A DNA stretch of 64,000 nt from Candidatus Poribacteria bacterium (lineage in GTDB: Bacteria > Poribacteria > WGA-4E > PCPOR2b), in NCBI GenBank assembly GCA_965218095.1, contig OZ244587.1, forward strand, positions 2,048,001 to 2,112,000. The letters are read 5' to 3'. Under the pieces are notes generated by a model. The model was given only the letters and a program-made list of their open reading frames with translations. It searched no databases and was not told the origin of the DNA. This document shows, piece after piece, positions 12,423 to 24,203 of this stretch (positions are counted from its first letter, which is position 1; each line of letters begins with the position of its first letter). Made by a program: the position numbers and the translations under genes.

Positions 12423-13304
12423 TCAAAACGATTCTCGCGCGGCACGCTGTTGAAAGAAACGGATCAACGGTTCAACGTAAGAACCATCCGTCCGAATTTC
12501 GATATTGTCAATCTTGTTTGACCGGAAGTGCTTTCTACGCGCTTCAATTGCGTTGAGGTTGAGTTGGCGATACATTTCTCGCGCCCTCGCATCCCGTGTG
12601 TCCAGGATAATTGCCTCGTCAGTTTCCGCATCCTCTAGTTCGATCAGTCCTACGTCAGACAATACTTCTTCCCGTGCATCCTGGAGGGTAATCGAGACCA
12701 GGTCATGTCGCTTGCTCGTGACCTGCAATCGCTGTTCGTAGCCCTGGTCTTTGAAGTCGGAAATCAGGAACACAACACTCCTGCGTCGGAGGACACGATC
12801 AACATACTCCAGTGCAGCGTTGATGTTCGTCCCCTGCTGTTGTGGCTCGAAGTAGAAGAGCTCCCGAACGACACGAAGGACATGCTTTTTGCCCTTGCGT
12901 GGCGGAACAAATAACTCCACTTCATTCGTGAAGCAGATCAGACCCACCTTATCATTATTCTTGATAGCGGAAAAGGCGAGAAGCGCGGAGATTTCCGCAG
13001 CGATTTCTGCTTTTGTCTGCTGGTGTGTACCAAAGTCAGCAGAGGCGCTAGTATCGACGAGCAGCATCATCACCAACTCGCGTTCCTCGACATATTTTTT
13101 GATATATGGCTGCCCCATCCGCGCAGTCACGTTCCAGTCAATCGTGCGGATCTCGTCACCGGGCTGGTATTCACGCACTTCGTCGAACTCCATGCCTCTG
13201 CCCTTGAACACGCTTTCGTATTCTCCTGCGAAGATGTTGTTGACAAGGCGACTCGTGGAGATCTCGATTCGGCGGATCTTTTTCAGAATCTTTTTCGTAT
13301 TCAT
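12423..13304 (-). CDS. DUF58 domain protein (MoxR-associated)
   Basis: GMEFDEVREYQPGDEIRTIDWNVTAR signature; vWA-like VDTSAS and ISDF. Confidence 0.9.
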   Translation of the reverse strand: MNTKKILKKIRRIEISTSRLVNNIFAGEYESVFKGRGMEFDEVREYQPGDEIRTIDWNVTARMGQPYIKKYVEERELVMMLLVDTSASADFGTHQQTKAEIAAEISALLAFSAIKNNDKVGLICFTNEVELFVPPRKGKKHVLRVVRELFYFEPQQQGTNINAALEYVDRVLRRRSVVFLISDFKDQGYEQRLQVTSKRHDLVSITLQDAREEVLSDVGLIELEDAETDEAIILDTRDARAREMYRQLNLNAIEARRKHFRSNKIDNIEIRTDGSYVEPLIRFFQQRAARESF

Positions 13305-13576
13305 AAAATTGTGCTGAATAAATTGGGCAGGTTGTCCGTCTAAAAGACAAGTGAAAGGTGAAATTAATGGGGTTCGCATCACGCATTACCTTATTATAAC
13401 ATAACGGAGGAATTTCGCAATGAAAATGAGATGGCTGTGTATCGCCTGTTTTGCAGGGCTGTTGGTAATCGTTCCCACTGGTATCGCACAAGACCGACCG
13501 GCGTCGCATCGTCGGATAGAGATAATGCGGAAAATCTTTAATCGCTTGAAATAGGGTGAAAAGATGGGAAAGAGTG

Positions 13577-14134
13577 ATGCTTCGACGAGATATAAAACTC
13601 AAAGTCGGGGACACCGCCCCTGATTTTACCCTGAAAACTTTAGATGAAAGAGGAACAGTCACGCTATCGGATTCCGAAGGGAAGAAGTCGGTTGTGCTGA
13701 TCTTCGGCAGCTACACGTGATCGCCGTTTCGTGCCCAGGCTGGGACGCTCGAAAAGATGTATCAACGGTATCGAGATGCTGCTGACTTCTACGTGGTTTA
13801 CATTCGCGAGGCACACCCAATTGATGGGTGGTGGATGGCAAGAAATGATAGAGAGGGTATCCTCATTGCACAGCCCAAAACAAAGACAGAATGCTTTGAG
13901 GTTGCACGGCTATCCGCCGAAGCGCTGGAACTTTCAATGCCGATGGTCGTCGATCGTATGGATGACCATGTAGAGAGACATTACGGTGGTTGGCCAGATC
14001 GATTGTATATCGTGGACCGAGACGGTAAGATTGCTTATAAAGGCGATAAAGGGTCAAGGGGATTCAAACCTGCTGAGATGGAAGTTACGCTTCAAAAGTC
14101 GCTCAGCATATCGGAGGACGAAATTCTGGAGTAG
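13577..14134 (+). CDS. Iodothyronine deiodinase-like thioredoxin-fold selenoprotein (UGA at 13718-13720 read as Sec)
   Basis: One frame: VGDTAPDFTL..VVLIFGSYT*SPFR..FYVVYIREAHPIDGW..YGGWPDRLY; the TGA sits at the Sec/Cys position of the deiodinase FGSxTUPPF motif; hairpin at 13727-13754. Confidence 0.8.
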
Positions 14135-14454
14135 ACTTTTTTAGTTGAGCAGGAGTTACGCAATTGAACACACGAAGGTTTGTAGTCAGGTGCTCGCATC
14201 CCGATCTATCGGGGCGATTTATCGGCGTCAAAACGAGCAACGTTTGCGCGAACCATGAACTCAGTCAAAATGCGCAATGCGCTACTACGAACCAGGTGTA
14301 TACCCCTAATTTGAGCCTAGCACCTAGGGGCACGGAGTAATGGGGTGAGGGGGCGAGGAGGCGAGTGTATTGAGTTCCCTCGCTCCCACGCTTCCCCGCT
14401 CCCACACATACTCGAAAGCCCAATTCCTTCCATAGGTTTAGAACCTTCGGAAGG

Positions 14455-15246
14455 TTAAATGCTCGGAGAATATACAGCCGTGCCAGGGGAATCGCGTCTT
14501 TCTGCCAGATCATCGCCGAGCGGTATGGCGCTGAATTGATGTTCGATCGTGCGATCCAGCACAGGGTCGTGCAGCCGGGCGAGAAACGTCTCGCCAACCC
14601 CCTTCGCCATTTCCTCCGGCAAGTCGTGTTGCTCCACTGTTTCGGCGACGGAATCCAGAAATGGCGCAGAACCACAATACAAGAACATCGGATCCGCCAA
14701 CAACTTGACCACCTCCATCGCCAGCAGGTATTCAAGATCGACCAGCGCAGACAACGGACAGTCCTGGAGGGATACAGTGTGTCCGCTGACTGTCACCTCG
14801 CTATAGATACGCAGGTTGTCCCAGTGGTCGTGCACCTCGTCGTAGGGCCAGGCGGTGGAAGCGATTGGATGCGGGCACATCTGCTTGGGCTTATCGGGAA
14901 ATAGGGGATCGAGCTCCCGGTCGCATTGGTCACTGCCAACGGAGATAAATATCTCCTCACCGACCCGAATCGCGACAGCCTCCGCCTCACCGCCGGTCAG
15001 CGGCCCTTGAACGTCAAACTCGGCGCTTTGCGTGAGCAGGTAGCGCCCAACGCGGAAAATGGACGGATTGGTTCGCGTCGCCATCGTAAAGTGTGCTTCG
15101 TGTTCCCGCATTTCGTCGAGTTGTTTGCGGGTCCCTTCAACATCACGTGAGGAAAACCGGGCGCCGGCGACAGAGCCGATAGGGAATGCTTGCTGCCCGG
15201 CGCCCGTTTTGCTTTGAATGGTCATATTGATTGGATGTATTTGCAT
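14455..15246 (-). CDS. DUF2848 family (FAH-like) protein
   Basis: VQGPLTGGEAE, VGSDQCDRELD, KPKQMCPHPIA, WPYDEVHDHWD. Confidence 0.7.
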   Translation of the reverse strand: MQIHPINMTIQSKTGAGQQAFPIGSVAGARFSSRDVEGTRKQLDEMREHEAHFTMATRTNPSIFRVGRYLLTQSAEFDVQGPLTGGEAEAVAIRVGEEIFISVGSDQCDRELDPLFPDKPKQMCPHPIASTAWPYDEVHDHWDNLRIYSEVTVSGHTVSLQDCPLSALVDLEYLLAMEVVKLLADPMFLYCGSAPFLDSVAETVEQHDLPEEMAKGVGETFLARLHDPVLDRTIEHQFSAIPLGDDLAERRDSPGTAVYSPSI

Positions 15247-15393
15247 GGCTTGAACTCCTTATAGCGATTTAGGATTGAAACTTCCCATCTGACACATCCC
15301 TTTCGCCCTCCTCTTGGTCTGCCTCCAACTTTGGGGGAGATACAGAGAGAGGCTTAAAACGTTCCAAACGGGAAAAACAAGCCTAATCCGGTA

Positions 15394-15795
15394 TTATAGC
15401 GGTGTGAATGCCAGGACAGTTTTCAGGTTTTCGCCCACACCTCGATGCAAAAACCTCATCTTCAACGGCGTTCCAATTTTTATATTTTCAGGGTTAAGCG
15501 CATCAACGCCTTCAATTCGTGCGACAACCCGGGGGCCCTCCGCCAACTCGATAACCCCCGAACAGTATGGATTGTTCCTGTCATATCCTTCTTCAATCAT
15601 AGAAGGCGGACCTATAGCTATGCAGGTGAAGGCAGCGAGTTTACCAATTCCCCGCATCTCTGCCCATTCCATTTCTGAGCGATAGCATGTGATACATACA
15701 GCGCGTGGCGGCACGAAAAGGGCACCACACGCGATGCACCTCGAACCCATCAGTTTTTCTTCATTGAGGAACTGTTCAAACTCGTAATCGCTCAT
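15394..15795 (-). CDS. DUF35 Zn-ribbon/OB-fold protein (thiolase partner)
   Basis: CIACG..PPRAVCITC, IELAEGPRV; directly downstream of the thiolase gene. Confidence 0.9.
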   Translation of the reverse strand: MSDYEFEQFLNEEKLMGSRCIACGALFVPPRAVCITCYRSEMEWAEMRGIGKLAAFTCIAIGPPSMIEEGYDRNNPYCSGVIELAEGPRVVARIEGVDALNPENIKIGTPLKMRFLHRGVGENLKTVLAFTPL

Positions 15796-15814
15796 TGGTC
15801 TTTCTTTCACGGGG

Positions 15815-17080
15815 CTATCTCCTTTCAAGAATGGTGAATGTGCAGGTGCCACCGGTACCTCCCAAATTGTGGGCGGCGCCAATGCGTAAATCCGCGATCG
15901 ATACACCCCTTTTGCCCGCCTTGTTTCGCAGTTGTTCCCATACCTCAATCAATTGTGCTGCGCCAGTCGCCCCCACCGGGTGACCTTTACACTTGAGTCC
16001 CCCGGATGTATTGATTGGCTTGGAACCCTCCAACCGGGTTAAACCCTCCCCTACTGCTTTGTATCCTTCGCCAGGCTTAAAAAAGCCGAGGTCTTCTATG
16101 TGAAGAATCTCCGCAATCGAGAAGCAATCATGCACCTCCGCAAATTGAATATCCTCAGGCGTAAACCCCGACATTTCGTAAGCCTCTTTGGCTGCGTATC
16201 TTGTAGCTTCAAAGTATGTCAAGTCATCGGCGGCATGGAGCCCTCGACCACTCGCCTGTCCAATTCCAGCGACATATAGCGGGTCGTCAGTAAAGTTTTT
16301 GGCGATCTTCTCCCCAACCAACAAGATGCAAGCAGCGCCGTCGCTGATCGGGCAGCAATCAAAAAGGTGTAGTGGCCAGGCGATAACGGGATTGGCTCGC
16401 GGATCATGAAGAAAATCCTTCTCATCGATCCAATCTGGAACCGCGCCCCCCTTGCTTTTTGCTCGTTTAATCTTCGACGCCATCATGTCCCGAATCGAGA
16501 CGTTATACTGGGCTTTCGGGTTCAAGGGTGCATTGTCATGGCTCTTTATGGTGACGTTCATCAGGTGCTCACGCGAGGCGCCATGTTTTTCAAAATAAGC
16601 GGTTGCTATAGCGCCAAACACCCCTGGAAAGGTAAATCCTGCTTTCCGCTCATAGGGGATTGCCGCCAAAGCCAATCCCTCCGCGACCTCCTCGGTGGAA
16701 CCCTTTGACATATCCTCGACCCCACCCACTAAGACCACGTCATAGAAACCCGATGCGATGGCAAAAACACCCTCCCGAAAGGCAAGCGCGCTTGAAGCGC
16801 AGGCACCTTCGGTCCGGGTTGCCGGTTTGGGGACAAGCCCGATTGAATCCGAAAGGATTGCGCCCCAATGCGACTGGTGGGTAAAAAAATCATTTGTGAA
16901 ATTGCCGAGGTACAGCGCATCAATGTCATTCGGATCGACCCCCTTATCGACGGAGGCGATCATTTCATTGAAGGCTTCAACAAACAGATCCTTAGAATCT
17001 CTATTGCTGAACATATCGAATTTCGACATGCCAGCGCCAACCATTGCGACGCCTCTTCCGAGCTTTCGTTTTTTATTCAT
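15815..17080 (-). CDS. SCP2-type/archaeal-type thiolase
   Basis: EGACASS, EVHDCFS, GHPVGATG, HNLGG motifs. Confidence 0.9.
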   Translation of the reverse strand: MNKKRKLGRGVAMVGAGMSKFDMFSNRDSKDLFVEAFNEMIASVDKGVDPNDIDALYLGNFTNDFFTHQSHWGAILSDSIGLVPKPATRTEGACASSALAFREGVFAIASGFYDVVLVGGVEDMSKGSTEEVAEGLALAAIPYERKAGFTFPGVFGAIATAYFEKHGASREHLMNVTIKSHDNAPLNPKAQYNVSIRDMMASKIKRAKSKGGAVPDWIDEKDFLHDPRANPVIAWPLHLFDCCPISDGAACILLVGEKIAKNFTDDPLYVAGIGQASGRGLHAADDLTYFEATRYAAKEAYEMSGFTPEDIQFAEVHDCFSIAEILHIEDLGFFKPGEGYKAVGEGLTRLEGSKPINTSGGLKCKGHPVGATGAAQLIEVWEQLRNKAGKRGVSIADLRIGAAHNLGGTGGTCTFTILERR

Positions 17081-17155
17081 TGGAATCTCCTAAATTGGGT
17101 AATGGTCAACGACACCTTAAATGATAAATTTGGGTAGAAATTAGACCTTGAGCAT

Positions 17156-18056
17156 ATGGGAACCGCCCGCGATGCGTTGGAGGATATAGTTGAAGAGCTC
17201 ACGCTGGGGAATAAGGACGTCCCGCCCTTACCGCCCGGCGAGCCGGATAGACGAGTCGTCGGCAAAGGCAAAGACATTTGCGGCGTTTTCCGATTCACTC
17301 GTATCCGGCACAGGCTTTCGGATTGGTGGGTGGATGCCTGCTCGCCAAATAGATCAACGAATGCACACAGATTAAGACGGATATGAACGTTGCAGACAGC
17401 GCACCAAGGTTGACGGACGCAAACCTCATGAAATCCCCGCTGCTCTTCAGGGACATGACCCCGCTCTCGTCACGACAAGGAGACTTCTGGGTTACGAATA
17501 TACGCCCGACAGCAAGCTGGATAACCAGTTTTCTGAAGCGGAGGTGGCTGCCTTACGAAAATACCTCGTCGAAAGAGGTGGTCTTCTTCTCTTTGACGAT
17601 TGTGGAGTGAATGCCCCCGTACAAGCAATGGTTCGCCTGTTCCTGGCTCAGATGCGGCGCGTGATGCCGGAAAATCAGATTGAGCGAATACCGAACAGCC
17701 ATGAGATTTACTATAACTTTTACGTGATGGGTGGTCCCCCGACGGGATTCGATGTTTATTGGTGGGGGACGCATCCACCGAAACGGAATTTTCTCGAAGG
17801 TATCTCCGTTGGTAACAAACTGTCTGTCCTCATCGTCCGTCGTGACTACCTATGTGCAATGAGAACTGTTGGCGTCCCCGGCTATCCTGTCCATTACTGC
17901 CCCGGCGTTTACCGCTTCATGACCAACGTCGCAATCTACGCCCTGACACACGGCGCAATCGCGGATTACTCCGGTTATATCCCTGATAATCGCTTGATAG
18001 ACCGTGGTCTTCCGGCGAGTGCTCCACAATCTGTGAAAATCAAGGCTGTTGAATAG
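17156..18056 (+). pseudogene. DUF4159-like protein, fragmented
   Basis: LRKYLVERGGLLLFDDCG, FMTNVAIYALTH; upstream part split over several frames. Confidence 0.6.
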
Positions 18057-18080
18057 CGTAATTTCACATCGGTGAGAGCC

Positions 18081-18785
18081 CTAGAACTTGGCTTTATGTG
18101 CGAGATAAGATGCTTCCATCTGGTTATTTGCTGTGAGCGTCTGCTCGATTTGTTCACTCAGGCTATTCAGACTTGAGCCCGGTATAGCGACGAGCATACG
18201 ATCTGCCGGGATTTCCGTGAACGTGCGCATCCCCATGCAGCCCAGCGACTGGCTTAACTCACCCCGTGCGACAGCCGAGGGAAGTACCCCACAGGCGGGT
18301 CTGCCGAACAGCGCATTCTGCGGACTGTCTTTCCAAGCTGTCGTGCCGGCGGCTTCTTGAAGCATCATCGCTTGGACGGCAGTTGTCCAGAGAATAGTGA
18401 CATCGGGCTCAAGTGGGAAACTGGCTAGAGGGCCATATACAACCCCTGGCGCCCGCCGATCAAATCTGGGAATATGAGACACTTCCTCCTCTCGGATATA
18501 CGCAATCTCACACATTTGACCGACCAAGCTCATCAACTCATCGTGCTTATCTTCGGTGAATTCAAAGCCCATGACCATTGCGCCGATTGGACAGTTTGTA
18601 TGTGCCTCGGCGCTGGCGTAGAACACCCCTTGTTCGGCACGGCGCCACAGGGCGCAGGCCGAAGGCACCTGCTCCTCCAGATGAGGAATGCCAGTCGGGG
18701 CTTTGTTTACCAAGGCAAGCGCCACAGGGGGCAGATCCAGCCCCAGGCGCTTCTGTAACATTGATGCGATTTGACTATATTTCAC
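18081..18785 (-). CDS. DUF169 family protein
   Basis: LDLPPVAL, NCPIGAMVMG, VVYGPL..PDV, SLGCMGMRTF. Confidence 0.8.
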   Translation of the reverse strand: MKYSQIASMLQKRLGLDLPPVALALVNKAPTGIPHLEEQVPSACALWRRAEQGVFYASAEAHTNCPIGAMVMGFEFTEDKHDELMSLVGQMCEIAYIREEEVSHIPRFDRRAPGVVYGPLASFPLEPDVTILWTTAVQAMMLQEAAGTTAWKDSPQNALFGRPACGVLPSAVARGELSQSLGCMGMRTFTEIPADRMLVAIPGSSLNSLSEQIEQTLTANNQMEASYLAHKAKF

Positions 18786-18840
18786 TGTATAATCCTCCTG
18801 TCTGTTACTTTCTGTGGTTCATGGCTAGACATAAATGGCT

Positions 18841-20130
18841 TTAATGGCTTCCCTTCTGAAGGTTACTAACCAGATCTGCTGTCTTCGCAACAATCAGATC
18901 CTCGATCTCCTTCGCAAACGGGGCGAGACGCAAGAAGTAGAAGTGTGAACCATCCACCTCGTATCCTCCTAAATCATAAGTCTTCTTGCTTGGCACATAA
19001 GCAATCAAGCCGTTGCTATACGCGACCGTAATCGTCGTCGCGGGCTGGAGCGCGTTTTTGATATGCATGCCGATCTCGGTCAAGACCTCGCCGCCGAGAA
19101 ATACCGCCCGCAGACCTTCATTAAATTGCACCATCTGAATCTCTTGTGGACAACTGCTGGGCAATCCGCCTACCTCAAATAGCTTGAGCATTTCTGATGC
19201 CCAATATTTGACGAGCGGATTGGTGTGGTTTTCTGCCTGATCACAGAGTGTAGCATCATCAGGCAGATCAGCATAAGGCAGATGATGAAACTCGCTTGTG
19301 ACACACAACTCCTCGGCATTAACTGGAATTGAATTCTGCTGAGATTGTATCACCTCGTTAGCTATTTTCCCCGATGCAGCTTCCAGTTCTTCGAGGGACG
19401 GCGTGTTGAAACCATTGTTTTCCCCTTTGAACCACGGACGAATGTTCCCTGCACAGCCGGTTGCGAAAAACGCCGGCGCTTCGGTCTGTGCACTTAATGC
19501 CCGGCATAGAAAGCTGGGGTAATCTCCACCGATCAGGTATCCGCCCCGGCTTGTTGGGTGACACCCGAAAATCGTCAGGCTGCCGATGGGTTGCCCTTCG
19601 GCATTTCTAAACCAGAGCGTGTCTAGATTTCGATCCATTGGTCCATCCGGATTCGGCGCAAATCGGACGCCACCCTCTCCATCAGGCAAACGGCGGTTGA
19701 CACCAAATTCAGATGTTCCCCGCGAAAACGCCACCTCCCCTTCGATCTGCCGATTTTTCGCTGAAACCGCAACTTGAACAAGCCGGTCTTCCAGAAATTC
19801 CGCATACCCCGCCTCGACCTCACCCGGCATCGCCATCGGATAGAAAAACGGAGCGCAATGCGTGTGTGTCGCCGTCAAAACGATCTGATGAGGTAGCAAC
19901 CCGGTGGATTCCGCAATTCGACTCTTTGCCGCCGCTGCGTAGGCGAGGTCGTAGCCGATGAGATCTGCGGTCAAGATTAATACCTCGTCTGCCCCATCGG
20001 CAATGGAAATCGCGCCCGTGGTGAGCAACTGGTAGACGCCTTCCGATTTGTGATCGCGAGAACCATAACCTGTTAACCAGACGGGTTCCTGGGGAGTTAT
20101 ATCAATGCTAGCAATACCAATCTTTGTCAT
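18841..20130 (-). CDS. Neutral/alkaline ceramidase-like hydrolase
   Basis: DITP..LTGYGSR, TATHTHCAP, VNRR, CHPT, GDYP, GGYEV. Confidence 0.8.
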   Translation of the reverse strand: MTKIGIASIDITPQEPVWLTGYGSRDHKSEGVYQLLTTGAISIADGADEVLILTADLIGYDLAYAAAAKSRIAESTGLLPHQIVLTATHTHCAPFFYPMAMPGEVEAGYAEFLEDRLVQVAVSAKNRQIEGEVAFSRGTSEFGVNRRLPDGEGGVRFAPNPDGPMDRNLDTLWFRNAEGQPIGSLTIFGCHPTSRGGYLIGGDYPSFLCRALSAQTEAPAFFATGCAGNIRPWFKGENNGFNTPSLEELEAASGKIANEVIQSQQNSIPVNAEELCVTSEFHHLPYADLPDDATLCDQAENHTNPLVKYWASEMLKLFEVGGLPSSCPQEIQMVQFNEGLRAVFLGGEVLTEIGMHIKNALQPATTITVAYSNGLIAYVPSKKTYDLGGYEVDGSHFYFLRLAPFAKEIEDLIVAKTADLVSNLQKGSH

Positions 20131-20502
20131 GGATTCCCTCGTTTTATTGAACTCCTAGTCCTATATTGTCGTGACATGTTGATTCCATTGAATACCAGTA
20201 TGCAAAACATACAGAATATAGTTGAATATCTTGTAGAAGGAGAGCTTTGGCTTTGGGCCTTTTGCTCATTTCTTTAAATGTGGCAAGATATAGCGGTTAA
20301 ACTTCTTAGGGGAAACCTGCTTGGGAATACTATTGTATCTCGGTTGTTTTTGATCTTCGTGTTCCGCACTCCTTTCATAAAGTGAAAGAGTATCCGAAAC
20401 GGAAATTTGGGGACATAAATTATTTCCCCTCCTTTCTCTATTTTACCACACCTTTATATTTTACTCAATATGACTTCTATGATTAACCTACGCCATTTAC
20501 TA

Positions 20503-21354
20503 GGTTCTGTTGACATTTGAGTATAAGGTTGTGGCATAATAGAAGAATGACGCCAATAACCTTACCTGATGAACAATGGAATAAGATATACCGGTTTCTT
20601 CTAAGCTGTCCCACCATCTATGTTGGCGACGAAGCTGCTACACGCCGCTTCGTCGAAGCCGTCCTGTGGGTGACTCGTAGCAGCGCTCAATGGAGACTTC
20701 TACCAGACACCTATGGCAAATCGAACACCCGCTACAAGCGGTTTGCTCGATGGTGCGACAAAGGTATCTTCACACAGATGCACCACCACTTCGCCTCTGA
20801 CCCCGATATCGAGTCGCTTATTGTGGACAGTACCATCTGCCGCGCTCACCCGTCTGCGGCGGGCGCCTTAAAAAGCTGGCGCCTTAAAAAAAACGGTGGC
20901 ACTGAAAACCAAGCATTAGGTCGCTCTCGGGGCGGTTTCAGTACAAAAATTCACATCACCGTTGACGGACTAGGCAATTCCCTAAGAATTCATCTGACAC
21001 CCGGTCAGAGACATGACATAACTGAGGCGGAAGGGTTGATAATCGGATATAACAGTGAATATGTGATTGGAGACAAGGGGTACGATTCGGACGCTTTTAT
21101 CGCCGTTATTGAGGCGAATGGAGCGATTGCGGTGATACCGCCCAAAAGTCATCGTGTTGACCAAAGAACGTATGACAAACACTTATACAAAGAGAGGCAT
21201 CTACAAAGAGAGACATCGGGTTGAATGTTTCATTAACAAGATAAAATGGTATCGTCGTATCTTCTCTCGGTTTGAGAAGCTAGCTGTCCGTTATTTTGGA
21301 TTTCTCAGCTTTGTCGCCACTCTTATATGGCTCCGTTGAAATGTCAACAGAACC
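20503..21354 (+). mobile_element. IS5-family (IS427-group-like) insertion sequence, copy 1
   Basis: 16-bp perfect TIR GGTTCTGTTGACATTT/AAATGTCAACAGAACC flanked by TA on both sides; transposase motifs VDST, GRSRGGFSTKIH, GDKGYD, YKERHRVECFINKIK; two 16-nt internal duplications. Confidence 0.95.
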
Positions 21355-21737
21355 TAGCGTGAAAAGTTTCAACCGGTTCTATAAGTGATTTCTGGCAGAT
21401 TCTGTCGCGCTATCATTTGGCCAGATCTGTCGAATTTGGAAATTCGTTTACTCATTTTACCATAATCGACAACATCGGACAAGCACGAAACACACATTGG
21501 ATATTGGACAGAAGACGGAAAATCGGGTATACTAAATGGGGTGAAAATTCAGACAAATTTTGCAAGCTATTGAGGATGTATTGATTAAGATGATGGTTTA
21601 CAGTTGAAAAAGTATGAAAAAGGAAACAGAGGCGGCCGGATCGCCCGTCGTTATTCGGCGCGACCCCTGTGTTTTATGCATCTCTGTGATGAAAGAAGTG
21701 TAAACTATTTTGCTCACTAATACATGAGGAGAAATAG

Positions 21738-23141
21738 ATGAACTCAAAAACAATGTTTGAAAAAATTTGGGACGCGCATGTTATCCACGAGGCACCGGGT
21801 CAAACGACGATTCTTTATATCAACGCGCATCTCGTTCACGAGATTACTTCTGCACAAGCCTTTGAGGGACTACGCCTTGCTAGACAACAGGTGCGCCGTC
21901 CGGATCTGACGTTTGCCACCATGGACCACAACGTTCCAACAACGGATCGGTCGCTCCCAATTAAAGATCAGATCGCCGCAAAGCAGATGGAGATGTTAGC
22001 CAGCAATTGCGCTGAGTTTGGCATCACACTGTATGATCTGCACAGCCCCAATCAGGGCATTGTCCATGTGATTGGACCGGAGTTGGGCATCACCCAACCG
22101 GGGCGGACGATTGTGTGCGGCGATAGCCACACTTCGACGCATGGCGCGCTCGGGGCACTTGCCATCGGTATCGGGACGAGTGAAGTCGAACATGTGCTGG
22201 CGACGCAGTGTCTCTTGCAGCAACGTCCCCGAACTTTTCAGATTCAGATCGATGGACAACTGGAGCGTGGCGTCACAGCAAAAGACATCATTCTGGGGAT
22301 TATCGGCAGAATCGGGATAGCTGGCGGGACCGGAACGGTGGTTGAATACACAGGCTCAACCATTCGAGCGTTGAGTGTTGAAGAGCGAATGACGGTCTGC
22401 AATATGTCCATTGAAGGGGGTGCCCGCGCTGGCATGATTGCCCCCGACGACAAGACTTACGAATACTTGGCAGGACGTGAATTCAGCCCACAAGGTAAGG
22501 CGTTTGATCTTGCTGTGGAGCGATGGAAAAAACTGCCGACGGACGAGGGCGCAGAATACGACAAATCGATTTCCATTGACGCCCTAACGCTCGCGCCGCA
22601 GGTGACATGGGGAACGAATCCGGGGATGGTGGATGATGTGACAGGCAGTGTGCCTGATCCGGAGAAAATGCCCACGCAGAATCAGAAAGAGGCAACTAAA
22701 CGGGCGTTAGAATATATGGCGCTGAAACCCGGAACACGGATAGAAGATATTCAGATTGATAAAGTGTTCATTGGTAGTTGCACCAACTCTCGCATCGACG
22801 ATCTCCGCAGCGCCGCCGAAGTCGCTAGAGGACGCAGGGTTGACCCAACGGTTAATGCGCTTGTCGTGCCGGGGTCGCAGGCGGTTAAGCGGCAGGCGGA
22901 AGCCGAAGGCTTAGATGAAATTTTCCGTTCCGCCGGCTTTGAATGGCGAGAAGCAGGCTGTAGTATGTGCCTCGGCATGAATCCAGATATTCTGATGCCC
23001 GGCCAACGATGCGCAAGCACATCAAACCGAAACTTTGAGGGCAGGCAGGGCAAAGGTGGGCGGACGCATCTCGTGAGCCCGCAGATGGCTGCGGCGGCTG
23101 CAATCGCAGGGCATTTCGTGGACATCCGGACGTGGGAATAA
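21738..23141 (+). CDS. leuC: 3-isopropylmalate dehydratase large subunit
   Basis: [43 protein letters not shown]. Confidence 0.98.
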   Translation: MNSKTMFEKIWDAHVIHEAPGQTTILYINAHLVHEITSAQAFEGLRLARQQVRRPDLTFATMDHNVPTTDRSLPIKDQIAAKQMEMLASNCAEFGITLYDLHSPNQGIVHVIGPELGITQPGRTIVCGDSHTSTHGALGALAIGIGTSEVEHVLATQCLLQQRPRTFQIQIDGQLERGVTAKDIILGIIGRIGIAGGTGTVVEYTGSTIRALSVEERMTVCNMSIEGGARAGMIAPDDKTYEYLAGREFSPQGKAFDLAVERWKKLPTDEGAEYDKSISIDALTLAPQVTWGTNPGMVDDVTGSVPDPEKMPTQNQKEATKRALEYMALKPGTRIEDIQIDKVFIGSCTNSRIDDLRSAAEVARGRRVDPTVNALVVPGSQAVKRQAEAEGLDEIFRSAGFEWREAGCSMCLGMNPDILMPGQRCASTSNRNFEGRQGKGGRTHLVSPQMAAAAAIAGHFVDIRTWE

Positions 23142-23543
23142 AACGTGAATGCGTAAAAGACGAAACTACGGCGAGTATGCTTATCTCCCAAAAGGAGACC
23201 ACCCATGGGTATCTGGGCAGGTTATTTCGGTCTCGGCGTCCATCATACCAAAGGGGAACCGGCGACGCAGAGTAACGGTCAGCGCCGGCTTTGACGAAGA
23301 GGCAGGTTCTTCAGCGTCAATCAATCCCTCTGGATAGACGCTGACCTCGATCCCTGATTCATTTGGGTTCCACGGAGCATATACGGCGCAAGTCGGGGAA
23401 ATTTTGTGGTGTGCCTCAGATCCGCGTATGTTGATTCAACTTCCCGGTGTCTCTAACCAGTTAGATCCTGCGGCGCCGCACGGTTATCTTTTCAGGCATA
23501 AAATCTACCATTTCACATCGCATACACAAAGGAGAAAAAAATT

Positions 23544-24134
23544 ATGGAAGCATTCAAAGAGCACGTAGGACTTGCAGTGCCGCTTAATCGGATTAATGTG
23601 GACACCGATCAGATTATACCCAAACAGTTCCTCAAACGGATCGAACGCACCGGTTTTGGAGCGTTCCTTTTCTACGATTGGCGTCTGCTGGATAATGGCG
23701 AGCCCAATCCAGACTTTGTTCTGAATGAACCGCGTTATCAGGAAGCAAGCATCCTTGTTGCGGGGATGAACTTCGGATGTGGAAGCTCTCGCGAACACGC
23801 CCCTTGGGCACTGCAAGATTACGGTTTCAAGGCGATTATCGCTCCATCGTTCGCAGATATCTTCCGCAATAACTGTTATAAGAATGGCATCCTGCCGGTC
23901 ATTTTACCCGAAGGTGTCGTGGCAGACTTATTCAAGCAAATTGAATCACAGGAGGAATACAGGTTGATGATCGATCTGGAAGCACAGCAGGTGATTCAAC
24001 CTGATGGCACATCGCATTCGTTCGAGATTGGCGATTTTGAGAAACAGTGTCTGTTGAATGGGCTGGATGAGATTGGTTGGACGTTGCAGTTTGAAGCGCA
24101 AATTGCGGCGTATGAAAGCCGGATGGGAGGGTAA
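23544..24134 (+). CDS. leuD: 3-isopropylmalate dehydratase small subunit
   Basis: [34 protein letters not shown]. Confidence 0.98.
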   Translation: MEAFKEHVGLAVPLNRINVDTDQIIPKQFLKRIERTGFGAFLFYDWRLLDNGEPNPDFVLNEPRYQEASILVAGMNFGCGSSREHAPWALQDYGFKAIIAPSFADIFRNNCYKNGILPVILPEGVVADLFKQIESQEEYRLMIDLEAQQVIQPDGTSHSFEIGDFEKQCLLNGLDEIGWTLQFEAQIAAYESRMGG

Positions 24135-24203
24135 ATTTTTCAATGAAGACCTACCAGACTTCAAAAACCTGTCAGGCCTACTATAGACTTTACAGGTCAC
24201 GTC

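Noticed and set aside
21614-21703. Leucine attenuator peptide upstream of leuC
   Set aside because: The short ORF (MKKETEAAGSPVVIRRDPCVLCISVMKEV) has one Leu codon and no clear terminator.
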